DNA of 64,000 nucleotides, from positions 2,330 to 66,329 of the forward strand of contig FR902241.1 of assembly GCA_000438415.1 (NCBI GenBank). The letters are read 5' to 3'. Under the pieces are notes generated by a model that was given only the letters and a program-made list of their open reading frames with translations, was not told the DNA's origin and did no database searches. Of this stretch, positions 48,421 through 58,200 are shown piece by piece. How positions within the stretch are numbered: position 1 is the stretch's first letter; each line of letters begins with the position of its first letter. Origin of the DNA: Clostridium sp. CAG:628 (GTDB lineage Bacteria > Bacillota_I > Bacilli_A > RF39 > UBA660). Position numbers and translations under genes: made by a program.

Positions 48421-49554
48421 TTATCTATTCATTTTATCAAATTTCTTAAAAGCATCATTATTAGTTAAATCAGTTTTACTAAGTGCTTCAAACAAATCTT
48501 TTTGTTCTCTAGTTAATTTATTAGGTAAAACTAAATTAAGTACAATATAAAGGTCTCCTATTTTTCCAGTTCTAGCATTTTTTATACCTTTACCCTTAGC
48601 CCTTAACACATCACCTGTTTGACTTCCAGAAGGTATTTTAAGTTCTATCTCACCATCAATAGTTTTAATAGTTCTCTTTCCACCTAATATTAGTTCAGTA
48701 ACAGTAACAGGTAAATCTATATACAGATCATCTTTTTCACGCTTATAGAATGAACTAGGGCTAACTGTAAACTCAATATATAAGTCACCATTACTTGCAC
48801 CATTTATTCCAGCTTCACCTTTACCACTCATACGAACTCTGTCTCCCGTATCAACTCCTCTTGGAACTTCTACAGTATAAGTTTTTCTTTGTTTAATTTT
48901 ACCACGCCCAGAACAAGTTCTACACTTAGTTTTAAAACTATATCCACTTCCTACACAATTTGAGCAAGTTACTCTAGATCTTATTGCACCAAATATTGTA
49001 TTTTGAGTTTTCTCTGTAACACCTCTACCATTACAATAAGGACAAGTTTCTTTATCAAATCCACCAAGTCCATTACAGTCTGGACAGCTTTCTACAACAT
49101 CTAAAGTAATATCTTTCTTAGTACCAAGTGCTGCTTCCATAAAGTCAATTTTCATTTCATATAATAAGTCTGAACCACGTCTAGAAGAAGTACCTTTTGA
49201 TTGTCTACCACCAAATAAGTCTCCCCAACTAAATGAAGAAAAATCATTTCCTCCAAACATATCTTCAAACATATCTGAAAAATCAAATCCACTAAAGTCG
49301 TATCCTCCACGACCTCCATTAGCACCTGGATTATCAAATGCATCAAATCCATATTTATCGTATTTTGCTCTTTCTGTAGGATTACTTAATACTGCATAAG
49401 CCTCTTGTGCTTCTTTAAACTTTTCAGCACCACCTTCTTCTTTACATACATCTGGATGGTACTTTTTTGCAAGACGTCTAAAAGCACTTTTAATTTCATC
49501 AGCACTAGCACTCTTACTAACACCTAATACTTCATAGTAATCTCTCTTATTCAT
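48421..49554 (-). CDS. dnaJ: molecular chaperone DnaJ
   Basis: J-domain with HPD, a G/F-rich region and four CxxCxGxG zinc motifs. Start at [11 protein letters not shown] (AAAGGAG RBS). Confidence 0.95.
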   Translation of the reverse strand: MNKRDYYEVLGVSKSASADEIKSAFRRLAKKYHPDVCKEEGGAEKFKEAQEAYAVLSNPTERAKYDKYGFDAFDNPGANGGRGGYDFSGFDFSDMFEDMFGGNDFSSFSWGDLFGGRQSKGTSSRRGSDLLYEMKIDFMEAALGTKKDITLDVVESCPDCNGLGGFDKETCPYCNGRGVTEKTQNTIFGAIRSRVTCSNCVGSGYSFKTKCRTCSGRGKIKQRKTYTVEVPRGVDTGDRVRMSGKGEAGINGASNGDLYIEFTVSPSSFYKREKDDLYIDLPVTVTELILGGKRTIKTIDGEIELKIPSGSQTGDVLRAKGKGIKNARTGKIGDLYIVLNLVLPNKLTREQKDLFEALSKTDLTNNDAFKKFDKMNR

Positions 49555-49614
49555 AGTTACTCCTTTATCTAAGAACAAGTAGACTAGTTACTTTACTAGC
49601 CTACTTTTTAATAA

Positions 49615-51447
49615 TTATTTTTCTTCAAAGTTTGCTTCTTTTACATTATCATCACTACTTGTATTTTCATTAGTTGTTTGTTCCTCTTTAGAACTATTTT
49701 GTGCTTGTTGTGCTTTTGCTGCTTCTTCATATACTCTAGAACTTAATGCCATAGCCTTTTCAGCAAGCTTATCTTTTGCAGATTTAATCTCTTCAATGTT
49801 ATTTTCTTCCATTGCTTTCTTAGCTTTATCAATTAACTCATTAATTTCAGTTTTTTCACTTTCAGTTACTTTGTCACCTAAATCTTTGATAGCTTTTTCA
49901 GCAGTAAATATCATTTGTTCAGTTTCATTTTTAACTTCAGCTTCTTCTTTTCTCTTAGCATCTGCTTCTTTATTTGCTTCAGCTTCTTTCATCATCTTAT
50001 CTATTTCTTCTTCAGTAAGGTTAGTACTTGAAGTAATAGTTATCTTTTGTTCTTTATTTGTACCTAAATCTTTTGCTTTAACATTAACTATTCCATTAGC
50101 ATCTATATCAAAAGATACTTCAATTTGTGGTACTCCTCTTGGTGCTGGTGGAATATCTGAAAGTTGGAATCTTCCAAGAGTCTTATTGTCAGCTGCCATT
50201 GGTCTTTCACCTTGTAAGATATGAATATCTACTGCAGGTTGATTATCTACGGCTGTACTAAATACCTGACTCTTTGTTGTTGGAATTGTTGTATTTCTTG
50301 GAATTAATACAGTCATTACGTTACCAAGTGTTTCAATACCTAAACTTAGTGGTGTAACATCAAGTAGTACTAAATCTTCAACTTCTCCAGTTAAAACTCC
50401 ACCTTGAATAGCAGCACCCATTGCAACTACTTCGTCTGGATTAACTTCTTTACTTGGTTCTTTACCAGTTTCACGTTTAACAAGTTCTTGTACACATGGA
50501 ATACGTGTTGATCCACCTACAAGCAATACTTTATCTAAGTCACTTGAACTAAGGTTAGCTTCTTTTAAAGCATCTTTTACTTGTTTAGTTGTGCTTTCTA
50601 CTAAATCTCTAATTAAATCTTCAAATTTAGCTCTTGTTAATGTAACATCTAAGTGAAGTGGACCATTAGTGCCTTGTGTAATAAATGGTAAACTAATATT
50701 AGTTGTAACAGCACTACTTAAATCTTTCTTAGCTTTTTCTGCAGCATCTTTTAATCTTTGAAGAGCTAGTTTGTCTGTACTTAAATCTATACCATTTTGC
50801 TTTTTAAATTCTTCTACTAAGTAATCGATTATTCTTTGATCGAAATCATCTCCTCCTAGTTTATTGTTACCAGCTGTAGCAAGTACTTCATACACTCCAT
50901 CACCTATTTCTAGAACAGATACATCGAATGTTCCTCCACCTAAATCATATACTAATATTTTTTGATTCTTGTCTTGTTTATCAATACCATAAGCAATTGC
51001 TGCAGCAGTAGGTTCATTTATTATTCTTTCTACTTCTAAGCCTGCTACTTTACCAGCATCTTTTGTAGCTTGTCTTTGTGCATCATTAAAGTATGCTGGA
51101 ACAGTAATAACTGCTTTTGTAACTTTATCATTTAAATAAGCTTCAGCATCTTTCTTTAACTTCATAAGAATTTGGGCACTTACTTCAACAGATGTTACGT
51201 CTTTTCCATTAACATGGAATTTATGATCAGTACCAATATATCTCTTGTTACTTCTTACAACGTCACTACTAGTAATAGCTTCGTTTTTAGCAACAGTACC
51301 TACTTTAATTTCTCCATTCTTATAACTTACTACACTTGGTGTAGTTCTCTCTCCTTCAGCGTTTGTAATAACGCTTGCTTTACCACCTTCTAATACTGCA
51401 ACACATGAGTTTGTAGTACCAAGGTCTATTCCTATAATTTTACTCAT
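49615..51447 (-). CDS. dnaK: molecular chaperone DnaK (Hsp70)
   Basis: Begins [14 protein letters not shown].., followed by DLGGGTFD and an EEVD-less Gram-positive C-terminus. Confidence 0.95.
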   Translation of the reverse strand: MSKIIGIDLGTTNSCVAVLEGGKASVITNAEGERTTPSVVSYKNGEIKVGTVAKNEAITSSDVVRSNKRYIGTDHKFHVNGKDVTSVEVSAQILMKLKKDAEAYLNDKVTKAVITVPAYFNDAQRQATKDAGKVAGLEVERIINEPTAAAIAYGIDKQDKNQKILVYDLGGGTFDVSVLEIGDGVYEVLATAGNNKLGGDDFDQRIIDYLVEEFKKQNGIDLSTDKLALQRLKDAAEKAKKDLSSAVTTNISLPFITQGTNGPLHLDVTLTRAKFEDLIRDLVESTTKQVKDALKEANLSSSDLDKVLLVGGSTRIPCVQELVKRETGKEPSKEVNPDEVVAMGAAIQGGVLTGEVEDLVLLDVTPLSLGIETLGNVMTVLIPRNTTIPTTKSQVFSTAVDNQPAVDIHILQGERPMAADNKTLGRFQLSDIPPAPRGVPQIEVSFDIDANGIVNVKAKDLGTNKEQKITITSSTNLTEEEIDKMMKEAEANKEADAKRKEEAEVKNETEQMIFTAEKAIKDLGDKVTESEKTEINELIDKAKKAMEENNIEEIKSAKDKLAEKAMALSSRVYEEAAKAQQAQNSSKEEQTTNENTSSDDNVKEANFEEK

Positions 51448-51449
51448 AA

Positions 51450-51737
51450 TTAATCATTCCTCTCTTTTCTATATATTATTTTTAAATTTTTTATCGCGTC
51501 TTTCTTTAAAAAGTCGCTTTCATCACTCTTAAAGTCTTTTAATGGAAAACATTCTTCAATAAGTTTAAGTATTTCATCCATAGTATATCCGTTACTTTTA
51601 AGTTCTCTCATTTCAAGAACTAATCCTATACTCATGTCTCTTACTACTTCTTTATTTAAGTAGTATAACTCTTCTATACTCATTGTATAAGGACCAATCA
51701 TACCACCAAACAATAAAAACTTATAAATATTATCCAT
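51450..51737 (-). CDS. hypothetical small acidic protein (95 aa) inserted between grpE and dnaK
   Basis: Translationally coupled: its stop lies 4 nt before the dnaK ATG, and it has an AAGAGG RBS. Confidence 0.45.
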   Translation of the reverse strand: MDNIYKFLLFGGMIGPYTMSIEELYYLNKEVVRDMSIGLVLEMRELKSNGYTMDEILKLIEECFPLKDFKSDESDFLKKDAIKNLKIIYRKERND

Positions 51738-51740
51738 AAA

Positions 51741-52025
51741 CTACCTCTTAAGTGTTTTTAATGTACTTTTAATTAAGTTAGTTCTAGTTAATTCATCTAA
51801 ACCATTAAAATGTTTACTCTTATTATAACTAGTTACTTCTTCTATTATTTCTTCATATGTTTTACCATCATTTTCTAAGCTTACAACATACAACATTAAA
51901 TCTAACTTTGCATTATTATATAACTTATCAAAATCAACACATTCTTTTTTAACTTCTTCAATTAAATAAGAATTTTTAACAAACTCAGGAAACAACAGAG
52001 TTCTCATAACATCTTTTTTGCTCAT
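51741..52025 (-). CDS. hypothetical small protein (94 aa) inserted between grpE and dnaK
   Basis: Its start ATG overlaps the grpE stop (TAATGA). Confidence 0.45.
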   Translation of the reverse strand: MSKKDVMRTLLFPEFVKNSYLIEEVKKECVDFDKLYNNAKLDLMLYVVSLENDGKTYEEIIEEVTSYNKSKHFNGLDELTRTNLIKSTLKTLKR

Positions 52026-52546
52026 TACTTATTTACCTTTACCATTGCTGGCCTTACAAGTTTATCCTTATAAGTATATCCTTTCTTTAATACTTCTAAA
52101 ACTACATTTTCAGGTTTAGTTTCATCATGTTCAGTTAGTACTGCTTCAGAAATACTAGGGTCAAACTCTTTACCTTCAACATCAATTGGTTTTACTTCCA
52201 TTTCATCTAGTAAACCAATAAGTCTTGTATAAATCATTTTAAAACCTTTTAAGAAATTACTTACTTCATCAGATAAATCATTATCATCCATCATTATTGC
52301 TCGTTCAAAGTCATCAGTTACATCTAAGATCTTTTTGATTAGCTTTTCTCCATCATATTTTAAAAGACTAGCTTTTTCTTTATCAGTTCTTGCCATATAA
52401 TTAATGAATTCTGCTTGAGTTCTTTTATTTTTATCTTCTAATAAACTAATCTTTTCTTTAAGCTCATTTATTTCATTATACAGTTTTTCACTTTTATTTT
52501 CTTTTTTAGGTTTATTCTTCTTATTTTCGTCACTCACCACTATCAC
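52025..52546 (-). CDS. grpE: nucleotide exchange factor GrpE
   Basis: Coiled-coil N-terminus and GrpE fold. Lies in the hrcA-grpE-dnaK order. Confidence 0.9.
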   Translation of the reverse strand: MIVVSDENKKNKPKKENKSEKLYNEINELKEKISLLEDKNKRTQAEFINYMARTDKEKASLLKYDGEKLIKKILDVTDDFERAIMMDDNDLSDEVSNFLKGFKMIYTRLIGLLDEMEVKPIDVEGKEFDPSISEAVLTEHDETKPENVVLEVLKKGYTYKDKLVRPAMVKVNK

Positions 52547-53537
52547 CTTTCTTTTCTATCTCACTTTTAATATATTCAAGTAAGTTCAAAACTCTTTCAT
52601 AGTCCATTCTCTTAGGCCCTATTATTGCAAGAGTTCCTTCTTTACCAAGTGCTTTATATTTAGTTTTAATAACAGTTACGTTATCATCAAGTGAAGTCTC
52701 TTTTCCAATATATACCTTAACCTCATCTGTACTCTCTTCAATTTTACTAACTAAATCTTTGTTTTCAAATTTACTTATAATATTTTTAATATCATCAACT
52801 GTACTGAATTCTGGTTGTTTTAATATATTGCTTTTTCCTTCCCAATGAACATCTTTTTCACTTTGAAAGTTACTTAATGCCTCATAGAAAGCATTATAGA
52901 GAACCTCATAGTTTTTAACATAATTACCTATTATTGGTTTAATCTCAAACTCTAGTTTAGCACTAACATCATTTATTGGAGTCCCTTTAAGCATCTTGTT
53001 AAGAAGTTCACTAGTTTTACTAACTTCTCTAGCCTCAACAGACTTTTCTAAATTAATAGTCTTGTTTTCAACATGACCCTTATCAGTTACTACTATAGCC
53101 ACAAGTTTGTTTTCATTAATTGGTATTACTTCTACTTTCTCAAGATTATTCTCTTTAGAAGCACTACCTAAAACTACTGAAGTATAATTAGTAATATCAC
53201 TAATTATCTCTAAGCTCTTAGTAATTGCATCATTTAAATCTAATTCCCTATTAGAAAATATAGTTTGAAGTTTTAACATATCACTTCCACTTATTTTCTT
53301 AGGTTCCATTAAATGATCTACATAATACCTATATCCCTTTTCACTAGGAATACGTCCAGAAGAAATATGTTGTTTTTCTAAGTATCCCATATTTTCTAAA
53401 AGAAGCATATCGTTTCTTAAAGTTGCACTAGAACACTTAAACTTCTTAGTAAGTGCTTTACTTCCAATAGGATGAGCAGTTTTAATATATTCATTACATA
53501 TTGTTTTTAATAATTCACTAAGACGTTCACTTAACAT
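52530..53537 (-). CDS. hrcA: heat-inducible transcription repressor HrcA
   Basis: Winged-helix N-terminus. CIRCE element immediately upstream. Confidence 0.9.
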   Translation of the reverse strand: MLSERLSELLKTICNEYIKTAHPIGSKALTKKFKCSSATLRNDMLLLENMGYLEKQHISSGRIPSEKGYRYYVDHLMEPKKISGSDMLKLQTIFSNRELDLNDAITKSLEIISDITNYTSVVLGSASKENNLEKVEVIPINENKLVAIVVTDKGHVENKTINLEKSVEAREVSKTSELLNKMLKGTPINDVSAKLEFEIKPIIGNYVKNYEVLYNAFYEALSNFQSEKDVHWEGKSNILKQPEFSTVDDIKNIISKFENKDLVSKIEESTDEVKVYIGKETSLDDNVTVIKTKYKALGKEGTLAIIGPKRMDYERVLNLLEYIKSEIEKKGDSGE

Positions 53538-53547
53538 ATTTACCTCC

Positions 53548-53574
53548 TTAGCACTCTTTTCTTACAAGTGCTAA
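53548..53574 (-). promoter_or_regulatory. CIRCE operator (TTAGCACTC-N9-GAGTGCTAA, one mismatch) downstream of the hrcA promoter
   Basis: Minus-strand TTAGCACTTGTAAGAAAAGAGTGCTAA. Promoter TTGACT-17-TATAAT at 53579-53607 (minus strand). Confidence 0.8.
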
Positions 53575-53682
53575 CACTATTATACTATGCATAATTAGCA
53601 AAGTCAATACCTAAGTGCTAATTATTTTGTGAAATTTACGTGAACTTTTGTCAAAGAAAAAAGATACTTTTTTCAAGTATCA

Positions 53683-54075
53683 TTACATAGTTTTTGTTAA
53701 ACTTTTCCCTTTAATAGCTTTTTCTACATCTAAAGTGTATTCTTCCATAGTTATACCAAACTCGCTCTTTATATAATCTTTATTCTTAGTATCTACTATA
53801 CCATAAGCATAATTGTAAGTTAAAGTTGTGATAATTGTATCACCAAATTCGTTTGATATACTAAGTATTTTGTTATCTTTAGTTAGTGTAATGTATGCTG
53901 TTTTACCTAGTTTTAATTTCTTTGATGCACCAAAAGCATTTGACATAAAGTCACATTCTCTTGAATAGTTTACTACACTGAAAGCATAACCTTTAGTGCA
54001 GTCTACCATAAATGCATAAGTTATACAATTATCTGATGAGTATATTTTTTGTATCTTAGTTTCAATAAGTTCCAT
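53683..54075 (-). CDS. hypothetical protein (~130 aa)
   Basis: ORF with a GGGAGGGGAG RBS before MELIETK. Confidence 0.4.
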   Translation of the reverse strand: MELIETKIQKIYSSDNCITYAFMVDCTKGYAFSVVNYSRECDFMSNAFGASKKLKLGKTAYITLTKDNKILSISNEFGDTIITTLTYNYAYGIVDTKNKDYIKSEFGITMEEYTLDVEKAIKGKSLTKTM

Positions 54076-54095
54076 AAACTCCCCTCCCTTCAATA

Positions 54096-55478
54096 TTAAT
54101 ATTCACAATTTCCTGGTGTTCTAGGGTATGGTATAACATCCCTAATATTTTCTACACCAGTGATATATATAAGTAATCTTTCAAATCCCATTCCAAAACC
54201 TGAATGAACACATCCTCCAAATCTTCTAAGATTTAAATACCACTTCATGTCTTCTTCTTTCATACCTAGTTCAGTCATTCTTCTAACTAGTTTAGTATAG
54301 TCTTCTTCTCTTTGACTTCCACCCATTAATTCTCCTGCTCCAGGTACTTCTAGATCAACTGCTGCAACAGTTTTATTGTCATCATTTTGTTTCATATAGA
54401 ATGCTTTTATATCTTTAGGCCAATTAGTAATAAATACTGGTCCATTAAAGTATTCTGTTATATATTTTTCATGTTCTTTTGCAATATCTTCTCCGTATTC
54501 AGGAGTAAACTCCCATTTAACATTAGCCTGTTTTAAAATAGTTATTACTTCTTCATGTGTAATTCTAGTAAAATGACTATTTACTAATTTATTTAATTTT
54601 TCAATTAATCCTTTTTCAACAAATTTATCAAAGAAAGCCATTTCATCTTTAGCGTTTTCTAATACATATTTAACAACATATTTTAGCATACTCTCCATTA
54701 CATCCATATCATCATTTAAATCCATAAATGCCATTTCAGGTTCTATCATCCAAAATTCATTAGCATGTGTTTTAGTGTTCGAGTTTTCAGCTCTGAAAGT
54801 TGGTCCAAAAGTATAAACTTTCTTATATGCAAGTGCAAAAGTCTCAGCTTCAAGTTGTCCTGATACTGTAAGGTTAGCTTGCTTACCAAAGAAATCTTTA
54901 GAGTAGTCTACTTTACCAGTACTCGCTACTTTATTTAAGTCAAGTGTAGTTACTTGAAACATTTCTCCAGCTCCTTCACAGTCACTTGCTGTTATAAGTG
55001 GTGCATGAAAGTAAACAAACCCTCTTTCTTGAAAATATTTATGTATAGCAAAAGCAGCTATACTCCTTACCCTAAAAACAGCATTAAATAAGTTTGTTCT
55101 AGGTCTTAAATAAGCAATTTCTCTTAAAAACTCTCTAGTAGGTCTACCCTTACTTTGTAATGGATAGTCTGTATCTACATCTCCTAAAACAGTTATTCCA
55201 ATTAACTTAATTTCATACTCCTGACCAGCACCTTCACTAAGTATAACAGTACCTTTTACTTCTATACTACTTCCTACTTGTACTTTAGAAGCAACTTGAT
55301 AAATATCATCATCGCTAGTATAAACAACTTGTACTCCTTTAAAACTAGTTCCATCATTTAAATCAATAAAACCTAACGTTGACTGATCTCTATTACTCCT
55401 AACCCAACCATCAATTATAACTTCAGTATCTAATAATTCTTTATATTTTAAATTTAACTCTTTTACATCAATTTTCAC
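54096..55478 (-). CDS. asnS: asparagine--tRNA ligase
   Basis: 460 aa class IIb synthetase with N-terminal OB fold, motif 2 FRAENSNTKTHANEFWMIEPE and motif 3 GFGMGFERL. Confidence 0.85.
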   Translation of the reverse strand: MKIDVKELNLKYKELLDTEVIIDGWVRSNRDQSTLGFIDLNDGTSFKGVQVVYTSDDDIYQVASKVQVGSSIEVKGTVILSEGAGQEYEIKLIGITVLGDVDTDYPLQSKGRPTREFLREIAYLRPRTNLFNAVFRVRSIAAFAIHKYFQERGFVYFHAPLITASDCEGAGEMFQVTTLDLNKVASTGKVDYSKDFFGKQANLTVSGQLEAETFALAYKKVYTFGPTFRAENSNTKTHANEFWMIEPEMAFMDLNDDMDVMESMLKYVVKYVLENAKDEMAFFDKFVEKGLIEKLNKLVNSHFTRITHEEVITILKQANVKWEFTPEYGEDIAKEHEKYITEYFNGPVFITNWPKDIKAFYMKQNDDNKTVAAVDLEVPGAGELMGGSQREEDYTKLVRRMTELGMKEEDMKWYLNLRRFGGCVHSGFGMGFERLLIYITGVENIRDVIPYPRTPGNCEY

Positions 55479-56128
55479 AATTTTCTCTTCCTTTCTTGAT
55501 CTAACTCAATTATATCTCCTATAATTCTTCTTAAATACTTATATTCTCTTTCTTTCTCATAAATATCTGACTCAAAAGCCGAAGCAACGAGTGCATCTCT
55601 CATATATTTATAAGTGTTTTCATGTTTAAAGAAATTAACATCAAACTTAATATCATAACTATTTAAATAAGTTCTTAAAAATACTAAACAAGTTCTAGTA
55701 TTACCTTTTCTAAAAGGATGTACTTTCCATAAATCACTTATTAAGGAAGTTACAAAATCTTTCTGCATTTCAATATCTAAACTAAGTAAATCAGTATTTC
55801 TAAGTATTTCAAATATCTCATTTAATTGGTAATCAATTTCACTTGGTTTAGCATATTCTACAGATTCATAAGCAAGTACTCTTTCTTGTTTATATATTTC
55901 TATAGTCCTATATTTACCTGCAAAAGAATATACATCGCTAAATAAATATTTATGTAATTCTAAAAAATAATCTTTACTACTTTCAAAATACATATTTTTA
56001 AATATTTCATGTATTCTAGTAATAACTATATCACTCTCTGCTTGCTTTAATTTATTATTATCTTTAATATTTAACAAATTTTTAAGCACTCCTGTATTAC
56101 TGTCAATATATGGATCACTCTTCTCCAT
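55475..56128 (-). CDS. Fic-fold protein with degenerate active-site motif (HPFRKGNTRTCL), E. coli Fic/class I-like N-terminus
   Basis: The DPYIDSNTGVLKNLLNI N-terminus resembles E. coli-type Fic proteins, and the motif deviates from HxFx(D/E)GNGRxxR at three positions. Its stop overlaps the asnS start. Confidence 0.6.
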   Translation of the reverse strand: MEKSDPYIDSNTGVLKNLLNIKDNNKLKQAESDIVITRIHEIFKNMYFESSKDYFLELHKYLFSDVYSFAGKYRTIEIYKQERVLAYESVEYAKPSEIDYQLNEIFEILRNTDLLSLDIEMQKDFVTSLISDLWKVHPFRKGNTRTCLVFLRTYLNSYDIKFDVNFFKHENTYKYMRDALVASAFESDIYEKEREYKYLRRIIGDIIELDQERKRKL

Positions 56129-56306
56129 AGTACTCCTTTAATTTTTCTACAATTTCCTCTTCAGTAATTAATCCTTTTCTTTGTTCTTCTATAAGTTCCC
56201 TTAAAAAACAACTTCCAGAACATCCATCACATTTATTAATCTCTTCACTAACAATCCATTCTAAATCATTAAAATTGTTATTATTATCATTATTATCGTC
56301 TGGCAT
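56115..56306 (-). CDS. small acidic Cys-rich protein (CDGCSGSC) overlapping the start of the Fic-like gene; possible FicA/YhfG-like partner
   Basis: 63 aa from ATG 56306 (AAGGAAG RBS). Overlaps the fic-like gene by 14 nt. Confidence 0.4.
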   Translation of the reverse strand: MPDDNNDNNNNFNDLEWIVSEEINKCDGCSGSCFLRELIEEQRKGLITEEEIVEKLKEYYGEE

Positions 56307-56422
56307 ACTAGTCACTTCCTTTAATGATAATATTATACTACATTTTCATAAAAGAAAAAAGAGTTAATTTTCATAAGTTTTTAACGTATTTTTAAATAAT
56401 TTACAAAATAAAAAAAGAAACA

Positions 56423-56833
56423 TTACTTTTTAATGTATCTTAAAATTTGACTATTAGTCTCATCTATCATTTCTAATAAATATTCATGAGTTATACCACA
56501 TTCAAACCTTTGTTGTACACCAAGTTTTTCTTTTATAATATGAAAGTATTCTTTATCAATTTCATTAATATGAGTAGCAACTTCTTTAAAAAGTTCTTCT
56601 CCCACATAATTCTTTTTAACTGTTTCTTCAAGCATAATTGGTCCATATATATAATAGAAATCATTTACTAACCAATCTAAATATGTTACATCATATTCTT
56701 TTAAATCACTATTTAATAAATACATATACTTATCTTTAGTTAAATTATAGGCATACACAAAATTATTTACTAAGCCATTTTTCATTGTTATATTTTCACA
56801 TTTATATATAAATAATTTTTCCACCAAAACCAC
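56423..56833 (-). CDS. hypothetical protein (~135 aa)
   Basis: ORF with GTG/ATG start ambiguity. No recognisable motif. Confidence 0.35.
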   Translation of the reverse strand: MVLVEKLFIYKCENITMKNGLVNNFVYAYNLTKDKYMYLLNSDLKEYDVTYLDWLVNDFYYIYGPIMLEETVKKNYVGEELFKEVATHINEIDKEYFHIIKEKLGVQQRFECGITHEYLLEMIDETNSQILRYIKK

Positions 56834-56865
56834 TTCCTAGATAAATTATAGCATAAGAAAAGTGT

Positions 56866-57153
56866 TTATTCAACAACATAAACACTTACTTTTTTCTTAT
56901 CTTTTCCTAATCTTTCATATTTAACTATTCCATCAACTAATGCAAATAATGTATGATCTTTACCCATTCCACAGTTAGTACCTGGATAAATTCTAGTACC
57001 TCTTTGTCTATAAATAATAGAACCAGCAGTAGCCTTTTGACCATCAGCTAATTTAGCACCAAGTCTTCTACCAGCAGAGTCACGTCCATTTTTAGTTGAA
57101 CCAACACCTTTATGGGATGCGAATAGTTGTAAATCTAATTTTAAAAATTTCAC
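56866..57153 (-). CDS. rpmA: 50S ribosomal protein L27 with Prp-cleavable N-terminal propeptide
   Basis: [26 protein letters not shown]..; the LQLFA|SHKG region is the Prp cleavage site. Confidence 0.9.
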   Translation of the reverse strand: MKFLKLDLQLFASHKGVGSTKNGRDSAGRRLGAKLADGQKATAGSIIYRQRGTRIYPGTNCGMGKDHTLFALVDGIVKYERLGKDKKKVSVYVVE

Positions 57154-57156
57154 TAT

Positions 57157-57471
57157 TTATTCCTCCTTAATTGTAATGTTTTTCTTGTAGTCACTTTCTA
57201 TATCTTTAAGAGTTCTAACTAAGTTTTCTAGTAATTTATTAGTTATTTCACTTTCATTTATATTAGTTAATATAAATGGGTCACTCTCGTTATAAGTAAT
57301 GCTTTCTTTATCAAAAGATAAACAAGCATTGATAGTTACAGTAAGCGACGTACTTACTCCCGCACATACAATGTCTTTGCCGTATTCATCATACTTTGCA
57401 TGTCCAGATAATATTATTTCTTTTATAAAATTATTTTTTCTTTTAACATTAACTTTAATCATACTAACCAA
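57157..57471 (-). CDS. prp: ribosomal-processing cysteine protease Prp (YsxB)
   Basis: [19 protein letters not shown] motif. Sits between rplU and rpmA. Confidence 0.85.
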   Translation of the reverse strand: MVSMIKVNVKRKNNFIKEIILSGHAKYDEYGKDIVCAGVSTSLTVTINACLSFDKESITYNESDPFILTNINESEITNKLLENLVRTLKDIESDYKKNITIKEE

Positions 57472-57766
57472 CTATTTTCTTAATTTCTATTTTAGTGTAT
57501 GGTTGTCTATGACCTTTAGTTACTCTAGAAGATTTAGTTTTATTTTTATATTTAAATACTCTTATCTTCTTTTGTTTTCCATGTTTTAAAACTGTTGCAG
57601 TAACACTTGCACCTTTAACAGTAGGTGTACCAACTTTTCCATCAACATATAATACTTCATTAAATGTAACATCAGAATTAACTTCATTATCAAGTTTTTC
57701 TACATATAAAGTATCTCCTTCAGTAACTAAATATTGTTTACCACCAGTTACGATAATTGCTTTCAC
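57464..57766 (-). CDS. rplU: 50S ribosomal protein L21
   Basis: GTG start at 57766 gives [14 protein letters not shown].., with an AAGGAGG RBS 8 nt upstream. The ORF-track extension MKEVCK is the RBS region. Confidence 0.85.
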   Translation of the reverse strand: MKAIIVTGGKQYLVTEGDTLYVEKLDNEVNSDVTFNEVLYVDGKVGTPTVKGASVTATVLKHGKQKKIRVFKYKNKTKSSRVTKGHRQPYTKIEIKKIVG

Positions 57767-57784
57767 TTTACATACCTCCTTCAT

Positions 57785-57880
57785 TTTTAAGACGCGCCAT
57801 TTAGGTAAGTATCACACTTTTGTTAACCTATTCTGTGCGGTTTACAAGGAAAGACTTCTTACAAACGAATTTATTGTACC
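57785..57880 (-). ncRNA. candidate L21 ribosomal-protein leader (autoregulatory 5' UTR)
   Basis: About 100-nt GC-enriched untranslated leader upstream of rplU with the stem GACGCGCC...GGCGCGTC in part. Firmicute rplU operons are known to carry an L21 leader. It was not folded in detail here. Confidence 0.25.
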
Positions 57881-57951
57881 ATAGATAACTAAGAAATGCA
57901 AGTAAAAAGCAATGATTAGGCCATTTTTAAATTAAAAATTCAAAAAATAAG

Positions 57952-58062
57952 TTTACTTTATAAGCAAAATATGTTATTATTAGTACATAAATTAATTAAC
58001 GCACGCAAGTATGCGCCGATATTTATTATCTAGCGTTGACGCGGGGTTAATTGATTTTTTTT
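57952..58062 (+). ncRNA. promoter (TTTACT-17-TATTAT) plus ~76-nt structured small RNA with terminator, copy 1
   Basis: -35 at 57952-57957 and -10 at 57975-57980. The transcript begins around 57987. Outer stem UUAAUUAAC...GUUAAUUGA, inner hairpin CGCA-AGUA-UGCG, then a U8 run ending near 58062. Confidence 0.4.
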
Positions 58063-58088
58063 ATTTTAAGAAAAATTCAATTTTATTA

Positions 58089-58200
58089 TTTACAAAAGAA
58101 ATAAAATATGGTACTATTAGTACATAAATTAATTAACGCACGCAAAACTTGCCCCGATATTTATATCTAGGGTTCAGACGCGGGGTTAATTAATTTTTTT
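58089..58200 (+). ncRNA. promoter (TTTACA-17-TACTAT) plus ~77-nt structured small RNA with terminator, copy 2; antisense to the 3' end of the gene at 58167-58736
   Basis: Same architecture as copy 1, with the inner hairpin changed to GCAA-AAC-UUGC (covariation). Outer stem UUAAUUAAC/GUUAAUUAA followed by a U7 run. Overlaps the last 34 nt of the convergent ORF. Confidence 0.4.

Noticed and set aside
55479-55560. T-box leader upstream of asnS
   Set aside because: The asnS start overlaps the stop of the Fic-like gene, so there is no untranslated leader in which a T-box could reside.
57952-58200. Repeats interpreted as a CRISPR array or as attL/attR
   Set aside because: There are only two copies, ~110 nt each, each with its own promoter and terminator. 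No cas genes or integrase are present.
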